Source: Planctomycetota bacterium (GTDB lineage: Bacteria; Planctomycetota; Planctomycetia; JALXBF01). Taken from it: 64,000 nt of DNA. Under the pieces are notes generated by a model. It was not told the DNA's origin. It ran no database searches and worked only from the letters and a program-made list of their open reading frames with translations. The DNA lies in NCBI GenBank assembly GCA_026991575.1, contig JALXBF010000058.1:1-64000 (forward strand), read 5' to 3'. The position numbers and the translations under genes were made by a program. Below, one piece after another: positions 31,235-40,778 of the stretch. How positions within the stretch are numbered: the first letter of the stretch is position 1; each line of letters opens with the position of its first letter.

Positions 31235-31575
31235 GGCAGTCCTCGTCCCGCTGGGGATTGGTCAACGTGTGCTCGAGGCGGATTCCATCGGCACGAGCCG
31301 ACGCCATTAGCCCCCCCGGTCCTATCGCGCGCCCGCTGCTGTACGTACGAGCGATCCGCAGCTCCGGCAGGCACTCCGCTGCCTTACTGCAGCCCACATC
31401 CCCTCACGCGTCGCCACGCTGAAAGATCGTCCAACGCCCCCTCGTGCCTTTCGCGTCTCTTCCTACTTTTTCCCATTTTACCCCGTCACCGCCCTACCAC
31501 CGCTACGGCCGCGCCAGGCGGCGCGGCTTCCCCCCCTGGCAAAACCGGCGCAGGTGCTCGGATCCAAAAAGTTGC

Positions 31576-31604
31576 TTGACGCAGCCAGCGCCGCTTCGTA
31601 TCAT
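31576..31604 (+). promoter_or_regulatory. Sigma70-type promoter
   Basis: TTGACG (31576-81), 17-nt spacer, TATCAT (31599-604). Confidence 0.65.
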
Positions 31605-31610
31605 CAGCAG

Positions 31611-31814
31611 CGCGACGCGATGATCTGCTGGGGGCGTCGCAGTACGAGCGCTGGGAACTGAGCACGGAGGTGCTCAAGAGCGTTGAAAACTCGGTGGCGT
31701 GAGCGTGCGCTGGTGGTGTGTCATTCGCCCTGGGCAGGCGCTCGTACGGCACTCGCATCGACTCGCAGGGACGTCTCTTTCCGTCGCCTGTCCTGAGCGT
31801 GTCAGGGCTTTTCT
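31611..31814 (+). ncRNA. Candidate structured RNA (sRNA or leader/attenuator)
   Basis: Lies between the promoter and a terminator-like hairpin. Helices: 31612-18/31634-40, 31642-51/31738-47 (10 bp), 31659-65/31670-76. Confidence 0.45.
31790..31814 (+). terminator. Putative intrinsic terminator
   Basis: GTCCTGA-gcgtg-TCAGGGC followed by TTTTCT (short U tract). Confidence 0.4.
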
Positions 31815-31955
31815 GCCTCTGCGCTGACGCCCGTACGTTTGGTTCCGTTCGCCGGGACTACCCGCGCGGCCAGCGCGACCGCGCGGATCGTGTCGGCTGA
31901 GCTTCGGACGCAACGTCGGAACGAACTACAGAGCGTGCCTTCTGCGGAGAGCGTT

Positions 31956-32246
31956 ATGCTGTGTCCCTGCTGCCTACGCGCAAACCTGAAGTTCGTGTGC
32001 CAGGGCCGACTGGTCTTCGATACCGATGCCCTGGGGCGACCTGTGGGCGAGGCGACGGTAAGCGTGGCAGATGGACGCGGGGTGCTGGAATGCCCAGCTT
32101 GCGGCCGGGCGTTCCCCGTACGCGGCTGGGACCGCAGCGGCCGCACCCTCTTGCAAGAAGAGGCACTGATCCGGCAGCAACGCATCGTGATCAGGTCCAG
32201 TCGGGGCAACGTCGCGGAGCGATCTAACTCAGAGGGGCGCCGTTGA
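31956..32246 (+). CDS. Small putative Zn-ribbon protein
   Basis: MLCPCC...ECPAC (two CxxC); GGAG SD; stop overlaps the SDR start (TGATG). Confidence 0.6.
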   Translation: MLCPCCLRANLKFVCQGRLVFDTDALGRPVGEATVSVADGRGVLECPACGRAFPVRGWDRSGRTLLQEEALIRQQRIVIRSSRGNVAERSNSEGRR

Positions 32247-33046
32247 TGGCTGACGAATCGGCCGAGTCGCCACGGTACGATGTACTCGATGAGCTGTCGC
32301 TGTCAGGACTGCACGCACTGGTTACCGGCGGCAGCCGCGGTCTTGGCCGCGCCATCGCACGCGCGTTGGCCGCGGCCGGTGCAACGGTCCTGATCGGCGG
32401 CCGCGACCGCCAGCGGCTCGAAGATGCCGCTCGCCAGATAAGTCAGGAAACCGGCACCCGCATCCTCGCCCTCGCTGCCGACCTCAGCGTCGACGAGCAG
32501 CGCGACCGCTTCCTGAGTGAGGCTCTCCGACAGCTCGGCCGCGTCGACATCCTTGTCAACAATGCTGGCATTGGACTGCGCCGGCCTGCCGTGCACACCT
32601 CGCTCGACGACTGGGAACGCGTACTCAAGATCAACCTTACCGTACCCTTCGCCCTGGCCACCGCCCTGGCCCCGGCCATGGTCAGCCGCGGCTTTGGTCG
32701 AATCATCAACGTTAGCTCCGCGTTGGGCCTGATTGCATTCCCCGGGCGTTCTGCGTACTGCGCTGCTAAAGGCGGCCTCATCCAGCTGACCAAGGCCCTG
32801 GCGTTGGAATTCGCCGAGCACGGTGTCACCGTGAACGCACTCTGCCCGGGTCCGTTCGAAACCGAGACCAATCGACCAATCCAGGAGGACCCGGTCGCCT
32901 ACCAGCACTACCTTTCGCTCATCCCGCAGCGGCGCTGGGCCAAGCCCGAAGAACTCGGCCCCTTGGCCGTCTACCTGGCCAGTCGCGCATCGGCGTTTGT
33001 CACCGGGGCTGTCTTCCTCATCGACGGCGGCTGGACCGCCCACTGA
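32246..33046 (+). CDS. SDR-family NAD(P)-dependent oxidoreductase
   Basis: TGGSRGLG, NNAG, YCAAK, IDGG. Confidence 0.93.
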   Translation: MADESAESPRYDVLDELSLSGLHALVTGGSRGLGRAIARALAAAGATVLIGGRDRQRLEDAARQISQETGTRILALAADLSVDEQRDRFLSEALRQLGRVDILVNNAGIGLRRPAVHTSLDDWERVLKINLTVPFALATALAPAMVSRGFGRIINVSSALGLIAFPGRSAYCAAKGGLIQLTKALALEFAEHGVTVNALCPGPFETETNRPIQEDPVAYQHYLSLIPQRRWAKPEELGPLAVYLASRASAFVTGAVFLIDGGWTAH

Positions 33047-33274
33047 CACTCAAGCTCCTACCTGGTACAGCTCAGCTACCTCAGGCTGCCCAGGCACAGC
33101 CCGAAAGCCGACCGGAACCGTCAGTAGTCGGGTACGCCCCCCCTGCGAACACCACCCCAGGTGCCGTGCGACGCGGGCCTAACTCCAGTAGAATGGGATG
33201 CACTGGACCGCTTTCGGTAGGCACTCGGCCAACAGGTGCGACCGGTTCACAACAAGACAGCCGATCTGTGAGAG

Positions 33275-36046
33275 ATGACCGTTTCCGACGCGAGTAATCG
33301 AGGCGGCCCCCGGTGCCGCGTCGTGACATCTGCGCTCTGTGCCCTGGTTGCCGTGGTGGCCCTCGGGTCGAGTCTTCGTGCCGAAGAGCGTCACCTGCAG
33401 TTCCTGCAGCAACTCAAGGAGCGCTACCCGGACCTTGCGCTCGAGTACGCCCGACGACTGGACCAGCGGCGCAAGGAGTTGCCGCCTGAGGTCAGCTCCC
33501 AGCTCGACTTGGAGTACGCGGCCGTACTGATTGCCGCCAGCAGCACGCGGCCACTGGAGGAGGCCGAGGCGCTGTTGGAAGAAGCGGCGCAGCGGCTAAA
33601 CGACTTCATCGCCGCACACCAGGGTACCGTCGACGCGCTGCGGGCAGGCTACCAGTTGGGCCTGCTCTGGATGCAGCGTGGTCAGCACTATGCCTCCCGG
33701 GCACAGCGGCAGAGCCGGCCTGCCGCCGACCTCCTGCAACAGGCACGCAACGCCTTGCAGCAGGCGCGCAACACGTTACTGCAAGTTGCCGCGGACGCAC
33801 GCCGGCTGCTCCGCGACCGTGGCCAGCAGCGCAAGAGGCGGCGCAAGAGGGCTTCTTCGGACGAGGTGCTTATCCGCGGCATTGAGCAGTTCGCTCAACT
33901 GCAGGCCGCGTTGGCCCTCTACCACCAGGCGCTCACCTACGACAAGCGGCAGCGGCAGTTCAGCGAACTGCTGGAGAAAGCAAGCGAGGAGTTCGATCGG
34001 CTGTTTCAGCAGCACCGCCTGGAACTGACTCTTCCGGCCCGATTCGCCCATCTATGGCACGGCCGTTGCCTCCAGGAGCTCGGCCGGTACGACGACGCCA
34101 TCGACCTGTATGACGAAGTGCTCGTCTCCGAACCACCCAACGCACGCGCAATGAGCCCGGAAGAAGCCGAACTATACACTCAGGCGTACCTGTTCAGGCT
34201 CGAGTGCATGGAGGCACTCGGACAAGTGGAGGCAATCTTCACCGATCCGGTCTACAACATCGAGGACTGGCTCAAGACACATCGCGTCCTGGAAGGAACA
34301 CCCGAATATGCCGCCGTGCAGTTCTTCGCAGCACGGCTGTACATCGCGCAGGCCAAGCGGGAGCGGAACGCGTCCCGTCAGCAACAGGCATATCGCCGAG
34401 CCCTGGAGCTGCTCACCGCCGTCAGTCGCACGGCCAACCCACACCAGCTGGAGGCACTGCGGCTGCGCAGCGTGGTCGAGGTCCAGTTGCGCGGCCGCCA
34501 GGCGGAACCGCGCACGTGGGACGAGGCTGTGGCCCTGGCAGATCTGGCACTGGATTCGAAAAGTTGGGCCGAGGCAATCCGGCACTACGAGAAGGCTCTG
34601 ACCTTCCGGAAGCGACCGGAGAACCCGGTCCAGGTAGCGACGATCCTCTACAAGCTGGCCTTTGCGTACTACCAGGCGAACCAACCACAGAAAGCAGCGG
34701 ACGTTGCCTTGCGGGTGCTCCGAGACTTCCCGGACAGTCCTGTCGCCCGGGACGCAGCCAATCTTGCGCTGTACGGCTACTACGTCGCGCTTCGCTCCGC
34801 CGCGGGGTCGCAACAGGGCACGCGTCTGGCAGAAGAGCTGCTGGAGCTCTGTGCCCAGGTTGAGAAGCTCTGGACGGATGAGCCGGTGGCGGATGTGGCA
34901 CGCCGGTTTGAAGGGCTGGTGCTCTGGTACCGGGGTGATTACGAACGGGCAGCAGAAGCGTTCGCACGTGTCACGAAGCAATCGCCGGATTACGCCGACA
35001 GCATGGTCAAGGCCGGCAAGGCCCTTTGGACGGCGTACACGTCGCAGCGGAGCCAGCTCTCCGAAGAGCAGGCCCGCCGGCTGCTCGAACAGACGCTTCG
35101 CTTCGTGGACGCGGGTATCCAGGCTGCGCAGGACGATCGCGTCCGGATTGAGGGCATGCTGGCCAAGGTCGACGTGCTCCTGCAGATGCAACGGTTGGCG
35201 GATGCCAAGAAGGTTGCCGCTGCCGCGTTGGATCTGGTCAGGCGGACCACCGATCCTGCCGCGCTGGCGTACCGGCTGACGGCGTACACGGTTGCCCTGC
35301 AACTTGCCTCGCAGACCGGCGACGTGGAAACGGTGCACACCCTGGTGAACGAACTGGCCACCGCTGCCCAGAGCGGTACGGCGAATGTCAGCCCCGAGGT
35401 GCTGGTCTATGTGATCGCGCAGCTGGCGAAGCAGGTCGGTAAGCTGACAGAGCCGCGACAGAAACAGCAGCTGGAGCAGACACTGCAGGACCTGTTGAAG
35501 CTCGTGGACACAGAAGCGCTCCAGGACGACCGCTCGCGCGAGCACATTGCCGAGGCTTACTTTGCACTCGGGGACTACGCGCAAGCATTAGCCTTGTACA
35601 ACGCCCTGCTCACGAATGCCCCGCCACAGCGGGCGTGGCATTATCGGGCACGGCTGGCGCGATGCTACGTGGCGCTGGGGCGGTATGAGGAAGCGTACCG
35701 GCTGATGAGCGAGGCAATTGCCCAGTACGAACGGGCCGGCAAGACGGCACCTCTGGTGCTGCTGCTCGAGCGAGCCAAGGCGCTGCATCACTGGGCGGAG
35801 CAGGAACCGTCGCACTGGCGCCGCGCCTACCGCGAATGGGCACAGCTGTACAACTCGCTGGTGCGCCGATTGCCGCGGCCGCGGGAGTTCTACGAGGTGA
35901 CCTATTACCTCGGCGTCACGCTGAAGAATCTCAACCGCACACAGGAGGCAAAGCGACTGGTCCAGCGCACCCTGCGCGCAAGCCGCACGTGCGGAGGCCC
36001 CGACCTGCGGGCCAAGCTGCAGAACCTGTTGGCCGAGCTGGACTAG
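33275..36046 (+). CDS. Large exported TPR protein
   Basis: Signal peptide (SLRA-EE) and about 900 aa of helical TPR-like repeats. Confidence 0.8.
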   Translation: MTVSDASNRGGPRCRVVTSALCALVAVVALGSSLRAEERHLQFLQQLKERYPDLALEYARRLDQRRKELPPEVSSQLDLEYAAVLIAASSTRPLEEAEALLEEAAQRLNDFIAAHQGTVDALRAGYQLGLLWMQRGQHYASRAQRQSRPAADLLQQARNALQQARNTLLQVAADARRLLRDRGQQRKRRRKRASSDEVLIRGIEQFAQLQAALALYHQALTYDKRQRQFSELLEKASEEFDRLFQQHRLELTLPARFAHLWHGRCLQELGRYDDAIDLYDEVLVSEPPNARAMSPEEAELYTQAYLFRLECMEALGQVEAIFTDPVYNIEDWLKTHRVLEGTPEYAAVQFFAARLYIAQAKRERNASRQQQAYRRALELLTAVSRTANPHQLEALRLRSVVEVQLRGRQAEPRTWDEAVALADLALDSKSWAEAIRHYEKALTFRKRPENPVQVATILYKLAFAYYQANQPQKAADVALRVLRDFPDSPVARDAANLALYGYYVALRSAAGSQQGTRLAEELLELCAQVEKLWTDEPVADVARRFEGLVLWYRGDYERAAEAFARVTKQSPDYADSMVKAGKALWTAYTSQRSQLSEEQARRLLEQTLRFVDAGIQAAQDDRVRIEGMLAKVDVLLQMQRLADAKKVAAAALDLVRRTTDPAALAYRLTAYTVALQLASQTGDVETVHTLVNELATAAQSGTANVSPEVLVYVIAQLAKQVGKLTEPRQKQQLEQTLQDLLKLVDTEALQDDRSREHIAEAYFALGDYAQALALYNALLTNAPPQRAWHYRARLARCYVALGRYEEAYRLMSEAIAQYERAGKTAPLVLLLERAKALHHWAEQEPSHWRRAYREWAQLYNSLVRRLPRPREFYEVTYYLGVTLKNLNRTQEAKRLVQRTLRASRTCGGPDLRAKLQNLLAELD

Positions 36047-36099
36047 ACCGCACTGCCGCCCTTCGCTGCGGTTGACAAGTGGGTGCGATCTGGAGGTGT

Positions 36100-36963
36100 A
36101 TGAGAGTGTCATCGATGGTAATGCCGCAACGATCCCGCTCGCTGCGCTACACCGTCTTCCTGCTACTCAGCATCGGTTACGCAACGTGCGTCCTGCCCGC
36201 CCTTGCGCAGGACGAGAAAAAGGCTGCGGCTACAGAGGACACCGGCGAACCGATCACGCAAGAAAGCGTTTTGGAGTGGATCTACCGGGCGGAGGGTGGT
36301 TTCTTCTGGCCCCAGCTGGCCATCTCCATCGCGCTGGTGGCCTTGATCGTAACCAATTCGCTAGCCCTGGTCCGGTCCCGTTTCGTACCGGATTCGCTGG
36401 TTGCCGAGTTCGATCGACTGGTGAAGGAACGGAAGTATGCCGATGCGTTCGAGCTGGTCCGCAACGACCCGTCGCTGCTTGCCCAGGTGGTGACGGCCGG
36501 TCTGATGCGGTTGCCCGACGGCTACAGCGAGGCAATTGAGGCGATGCAGGAAGTGGCCGAGGAAGAGACGATGAAGCATGAGCACCGCCTGAGTTACCTT
36601 GCGATGCTCGGCAACATCGCGACCATGGTTGGGCTGCTCGGCACCGTCTGGGGTATGGTTCGCAGTTTCCGGACGATTGCCATCAGCGACGTGACGCCGA
36701 AGCCCAGCGAGCTCGCTCAGGGTGTTTCCCAGGCGCTGGTGACCACGATTGGCGGTCTGATGCAGGCAATTCCGGCGATCTTTTTCTTCACGATCCTGAA
36801 GAACCTTCTGGCCCGCCGCGTGCTGGAGGTCGGCATTCGGAGCGAACAGATGATGCTGCGGTTCAAGGGCGTCTCCGTCCAGCGTAAAGCGACCGGGCAG
36901 CGGCCTTCGGCGCCGCAGCAAGCGAAAGCGGCCGGCGAACAAGGCGGCAAGGGCGCCAGCTGA
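36100..36963 (+). CDS. exbB: MotA/TolQ/ExbB proton channel protein
   Basis: GNIATMVGLLGTVWGM and ALVTTIGGLMQAIPA; ATG 36100 with GGAGG SD. Confidence 0.9.
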   Translation: MRVSSMVMPQRSRSLRYTVFLLLSIGYATCVLPALAQDEKKAAATEDTGEPITQESVLEWIYRAEGGFFWPQLAISIALVALIVTNSLALVRSRFVPDSLVAEFDRLVKERKYADAFELVRNDPSLLAQVVTAGLMRLPDGYSEAIEAMQEVAEEETMKHEHRLSYLAMLGNIATMVGLLGTVWGMVRSFRTIAISDVTPKPSELAQGVSQALVTTIGGLMQAIPAIFFFTILKNLLARRVLEVGIRSEQMMLRFKGVSVQRKATGQRPSAPQQAKAAGEQGGKGAS

Positions 36964-36981
36964 TCGGGGAGGCCAACGGTC

Positions 36982-37458
36982 ATGCGGACCCGAGAAGCCA
37001 GGTACGCGATCCCCGAGCTGGACATGACGCCGATGATCGATATGACGTTCCAGCTTATCGCGTTCTTCATGTTCGTGATGAACTTCAGCACGGAGCTGGT
37101 GCGCGAAGAGATCCAGCTGCCCGTCGTTCAGCTCGCACAGCCAGTGACGCAGAGCAAGGTAGAGCCCATCGTGCTCAACGTTGACTCGGACGGTTCTGTC
37201 TACCTGCCCGGCGAAGTGATCAATGTCATGACACCCGACGGTCTCGCGCAGCTGAACTCGTTCCTGTACCGGGAGGCAGCGCTGGCCCGGTTGCGTATGC
37301 GTGCCGCCGGCCTGCCACCCGACTCGCCGCTCAACTCCACCGTCATCATCCGCGGCGATCGGGCAACACCGTTCGATGTGATTCGCAAGGTGCTGCGCTC
37401 CTGCCGCGAAGCCGGCTTCGTGCATTACTCGCTGCGTGCCGAGACTCGCGCACAGTGA
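36982..37458 (+). CDS. exbD: ExbD/TolR protein
   Basis: MTPMIDMTFQLIAFFM (conserved TM Asp), IIRGD. Confidence 0.9.
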   Translation: MRTREARYAIPELDMTPMIDMTFQLIAFFMFVMNFSTELVREEIQLPVVQLAQPVTQSKVEPIVLNVDSDGSVYLPGEVINVMTPDGLAQLNSFLYREAALARLRMRAAGLPPDSPLNSTVIIRGDRATPFDVIRKVLRSCREAGFVHYSLRAETRAQ

Positions 37459-37497
37459 TTGCTCGCACCAGAGAACAGGGCCGCGAGGAAGCCGACG

Positions 37498-37950
37498 ATG
37501 CGCGTCCGCCGTATCGGACATGATGAGACACGAGTCGAGCTGCAGATGACGCCGATGATCGACGTCGTCTTCCAGCTGCTGATCTTCTTCCTGTTCACGT
37601 TCAAGATCCGGCCTATCGAGGGTGAGATCGCCGTCACGATGCCACCACCGGAAGCCGGGCAGGCACAACAGTCGGAAGAGATCACCGTCGCCGATCGCAT
37701 CCACATCAAGCTGCAAGCAGGTGCCGGCGGTCAACTGGCGAACATCCTGGTCGAGGAACAGGCTGTCGGCACAGATCTGGCCGCCCTGGGTCGGGTGCTG
37801 CGCGAACTGGCCGGGAACCCGCCACCAGAAGACCTCGAAGCAGAAATCGATGCTGACGGCAGGCTCTTGTACGGACACGTGATCCAGGTGGCAACGGTGG
37901 TGATGCGCAGCGGGATTGCGAAAGTGCGCTTTACCGACCCAGGCGGCTAA
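37498..37950 (+). CDS. exbD: Second ExbD/TolR protein
   Basis: MTPMIDVVFQLLIFFL, EIDAD; ATG 37498. Confidence 0.9.
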   Translation: MRVRRIGHDETRVELQMTPMIDVVFQLLIFFLFTFKIRPIEGEIAVTMPPPEAGQAQQSEEITVADRIHIKLQAGAGGQLANILVEEQAVGTDLAALGRVLRELAGNPPPEDLEAEIDADGRLLYGHVIQVATVVMRSGIAKVRFTDPGG

Positions 37951-38897
37951 GGAGCGCTGTCCTCCTGCGGGCTGGCGTCTGCTTGTTTCGCTCCGCCCTG
38001 TCGCTCGCTGCGCTCGTCCTCCGCGCCAAAGTCCACCCCCCCTGCATCGGCGCGGGCTCCTGGAACAGTCTCCGGGCCCGACGCTCTGCGCGACACCCAG
38101 TAGACCACAGCCAGGCCTGCCAGGATCAGCACGGCCAACACCGCGCCGACCACCCCCTCCAGACGCTGCACGTCCTGCTGCTCGGCCACGGGTGACGGAG
38201 CCGGCAGCAGTTGCGGCGTGACGACGATCGGCGAACTGAGCAGACGGCCATCGGCAGTCTCATGCTTCCACCATCCCAGGAAAACTCCCACCACACGACA
38301 GTACTCATTCAGGCGTCGGGCCACCGGCAGGGCGGCTGGCCGGCGTACCGAGATGACACAGTAGGGCAGATGCCCGCTGTCGGCTGTAAACACCCATGCT
38401 TCAAAGTACGGCTCCCCGGAGCCAGGCCCGGGCGGCACTGGCACGATGCGGCGCACGCGGCCACGAAAGGTGAGCACCCGGCCACGAAACCGTTCCGGAT
38501 CCTCGAAGAGCGCGCGATAGGTGAAGCGTTTCACCGCCAGCTGTTCCAATCGCTGCACCCGAACATCCCGGAGCAACTTCACCAGGTACAGGAACGGCTC
38601 CGGGGTTATCTCCCGGGCGTGATCCTGATAAGTTGCCAGTAGCGACAGGTCTATGACCAGCTCCTCTGACCGTCCGCCGTGCGCCTCTGACTCACTCGAA
38701 CCTGCGTCAACTTGCTGCATCAGACCGCTCGCCATCCCTGCCTCCTGGCGCCGCAGCCGGGCCGCTTCCTCGCGCAGTGCCACCATCATTGCCACGGCTA
38801 CGGCCAGGAGTAAGACCAGCGGCAGAATGGACGGAGTCACCGGCTTGCGCGCGCCACGCTGCCAGGCCGGTTCGAAAGGCATACGTCTCGGTCGCAT
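37947..38897 (-). CDS. Hypothetical membrane protein (two TM helices flanking a beta-rich domain)
   Basis: TM at each end; DPERFRGRVLTFRGRVRR core. The upstream ORF extension overlaps the neighbouring gene, so the start is uncertain. Confidence 0.65.
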   Translation of the reverse strand: MRPRRMPFEPAWQRGARKPVTPSILPLVLLLAVAVAMMVALREEAARLRRQEAGMASGLMQQVDAGSSESEAHGGRSEELVIDLSLLATYQDHAREITPEPFLYLVKLLRDVRVQRLEQLAVKRFTYRALFEDPERFRGRVLTFRGRVRRIVPVPPGPGSGEPYFEAWVFTADSGHLPYCVISVRRPAALPVARRLNEYCRVVGVFLGWWKHETADGRLLSSPIVVTPQLLPAPSPVAEQQDVQRLEGVVGAVLAVLILAGLAVVYWVSRRASGPETVPGARADAGGVDFGAEDERSERQGGAKQADASPQEDSAP

Positions 38898-38928
38898 CGG
38901 AAGTCCTGTCGCAGTGGTGCCGGGCCGC

Positions 38929-40614
38929 TTAGCCCTGGCTCTTCTTGCTGCGGCGTTTGCGGGACGGAGCAGATTTCTTACGAGCTGGCTTGCCCTTCTT
39001 GTTGCGGCCGCCCTGGTCGTCACGCACGGCGCCGCTCCCTTCCTTATCTGTGCTGTCGCCCCTTTCGGTAGTAGGTTCCGACTCCGCCTGCTTCTTACCC
39101 CCCTTGTCTGCCTGCGGCATTTGCTCGGGTCGGTCCGGTTCCGCTTCGGCAACCGTGTACAGTGGCAGGTAGCGGTAATAGACTTCCAGCGTTAACAGCC
39201 CGACGCAGGTAACGAAATGTCGACCGCCAGCTTCCCCCCAGCGGTCCGAGTCCGGATCCCAGCTTCCGAACTGACAGGCCTTACGATCGCGGTTCTGGGT
39301 ACGTACCCAGATCCGTCGCATCAGCCGGTTCCAGCGGTCCCATTCTGGCCCCTGGAAGTTATGCACAACCTGTGTTGCGTAGTACCAGTAGTAGGAGTCT
39401 CGGCGGCGTGAAGCGGGGTTAGGCAGGTTCTTCATCAGGTAGTCGATTCCTTCGATGATGGCCGGGTCTGAACGCCCTGCGCCCAGATACTGCAGACACA
39501 GGAGTCCAACCGCCGTCATCGACGGAGTCGGCTGGCCACCCGGCATGTACGCGAACAGACCGCCGTGTTTTCCCCGCGAAGCCGACTTCAGATAGTGGTG
39601 CACTCCCAGCAGGGTCTTGGCCGGAACTTGTAGGCCGCCCATTTGACCGCTCTTGATGCCCATGACCTGCCAGCCGACTACTGACGTGTCGGCATCCTGC
39701 GAATTCGGCGTGTATCGCCAGCCTCCCAGAGCGTTTTGCACAGAGGCCAGGAAGTTGATGGCCTTCTGGGCAGCGGCTCCCAGTCGGGGGTCGCGCGTGA
39801 GTGCGTAGGCTTCCGATACGGCAATCGTCGCCAGACCATGCGTGTACATGGGCTGGGCATGATTCTTGACGTGGAACAGGCCGTTAGGCTGCTGATGCTG
39901 AAGGATCCACGTCAGGGCACGGCCCACAACAGCTCGATGCGGGCCGGAGCGGTGGGTGTAGTTGGCAGCGAGGAATGGCAGGACTCCCAGGGCCGTGGCA
40001 GCCATATCGGACCGCACGTTACCGGCTCCGGGGCACCCGTCCCCACGGCAGCGACGGCGGTGGTCCAAGCTCCAGTGTCCATCCGGAAACTGATGGCGCA
40101 CTAGCCAGTCCAGCCCCGCCTGCACGGCGACCTCGGTTAACTTGGTGCCGCCCTGGCTGCCCAGCATCGCGCGCCGCATGCCCTCGCCGCGACCGGAGAA
40201 CGTTGAACCCGGCCCGCGGGCGGCCAGTCCACTGGGCCCGGGCCCCTCAAGGGCCGAAGCGATGTTATCCAGCGGCGGCAGTTCCATGGGCGACAGCGGC
40301 GCGGGCGGTGCCACCTCGGGTGGTGCGGGTGCGACCGCTGCGGCTGCGGCCATGTCGGGCTGCTCCACCTCCGGCATTTCCGGAGGTTCCAGTGGCAGCG
40401 GCTCCAGCGGGATCTCCTCAAGGGGAATGTCCTCAGGGATCTCGGTGAGCTGGCTCTCCAGGGACGCTTCGGCCGGCTTGGGCCTGGGGCTGATGGTGAC
40501 CGTCATCATGACGAAGAGGAATACGGTATGCACGACCAGGCTGACCAGCCAGCCAGGAATCACCTGATCCCGCCACCAGTCCCGAGCCCGCTTGAACAGG
40601 TCCGCTGCGCTCAC
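38929..40614 (-). CDS. Membrane-anchored prenyltransferase/squalene-oxidase-repeat protein with TonB-like N-terminus
   Basis: TM WLVSLVVH (SxxxH), Pro/Glu-rich linker, QW-like repeats (QFPDGHW, QQPNGLF, QNALGGWRY), DADTS, YYWYY. Confidence 0.8.
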   Translation of the reverse strand: MSAADLFKRARDWWRDQVIPGWLVSLVVHTVFLFVMMTVTISPRPKPAEASLESQLTEIPEDIPLEEIPLEPLPLEPPEMPEVEQPDMAAAAAVAPAPPEVAPPAPLSPMELPPLDNIASALEGPGPSGLAARGPGSTFSGRGEGMRRAMLGSQGGTKLTEVAVQAGLDWLVRHQFPDGHWSLDHRRRCRGDGCPGAGNVRSDMAATALGVLPFLAANYTHRSGPHRAVVGRALTWILQHQQPNGLFHVKNHAQPMYTHGLATIAVSEAYALTRDPRLGAAAQKAINFLASVQNALGGWRYTPNSQDADTSVVGWQVMGIKSGQMGGLQVPAKTLLGVHHYLKSASRGKHGGLFAYMPGGQPTPSMTAVGLLCLQYLGAGRSDPAIIEGIDYLMKNLPNPASRRRDSYYWYYATQVVHNFQGPEWDRWNRLMRRIWVRTQNRDRKACQFGSWDPDSDRWGEAGGRHFVTCVGLLTLEVYYRYLPLYTVAEAEPDRPEQMPQADKGGKKQAESEPTTERGDSTDKEGSGAVRDDQGGRNKKGKPARKKSAPSRKRRSKKSQG

Positions 40615-40778
40615 AGGTGCCCCCTTTGCACAACGTCCACCGGTAGCCCGAACAAGCTACGTCGCTGCAGTTTATTGTAGCTAGCCCCCCGGAGAACCGA
40701 CCACCTGCACAGCCGTGCGCCAGGCGACCCGGTCCGCACGCGTAGCATTACGCAGATACGCGCGGAGCGAGCTGACCG

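Noticed and set aside
34172..35584. 470-aa - strand ORF
   Set aside because: Antisense shadow of the TPR gene.
36072..36100. Perfect TTGACA before exbB
   Set aside because: No acceptable -10 at 16-18 nt spacing; the gene is probably co-transcribed with the TPR gene.
36361..37878. 505-aa - strand ORF
   Set aside because: Antisense to exbB/exbD/exbD, which carry clear family motifs.
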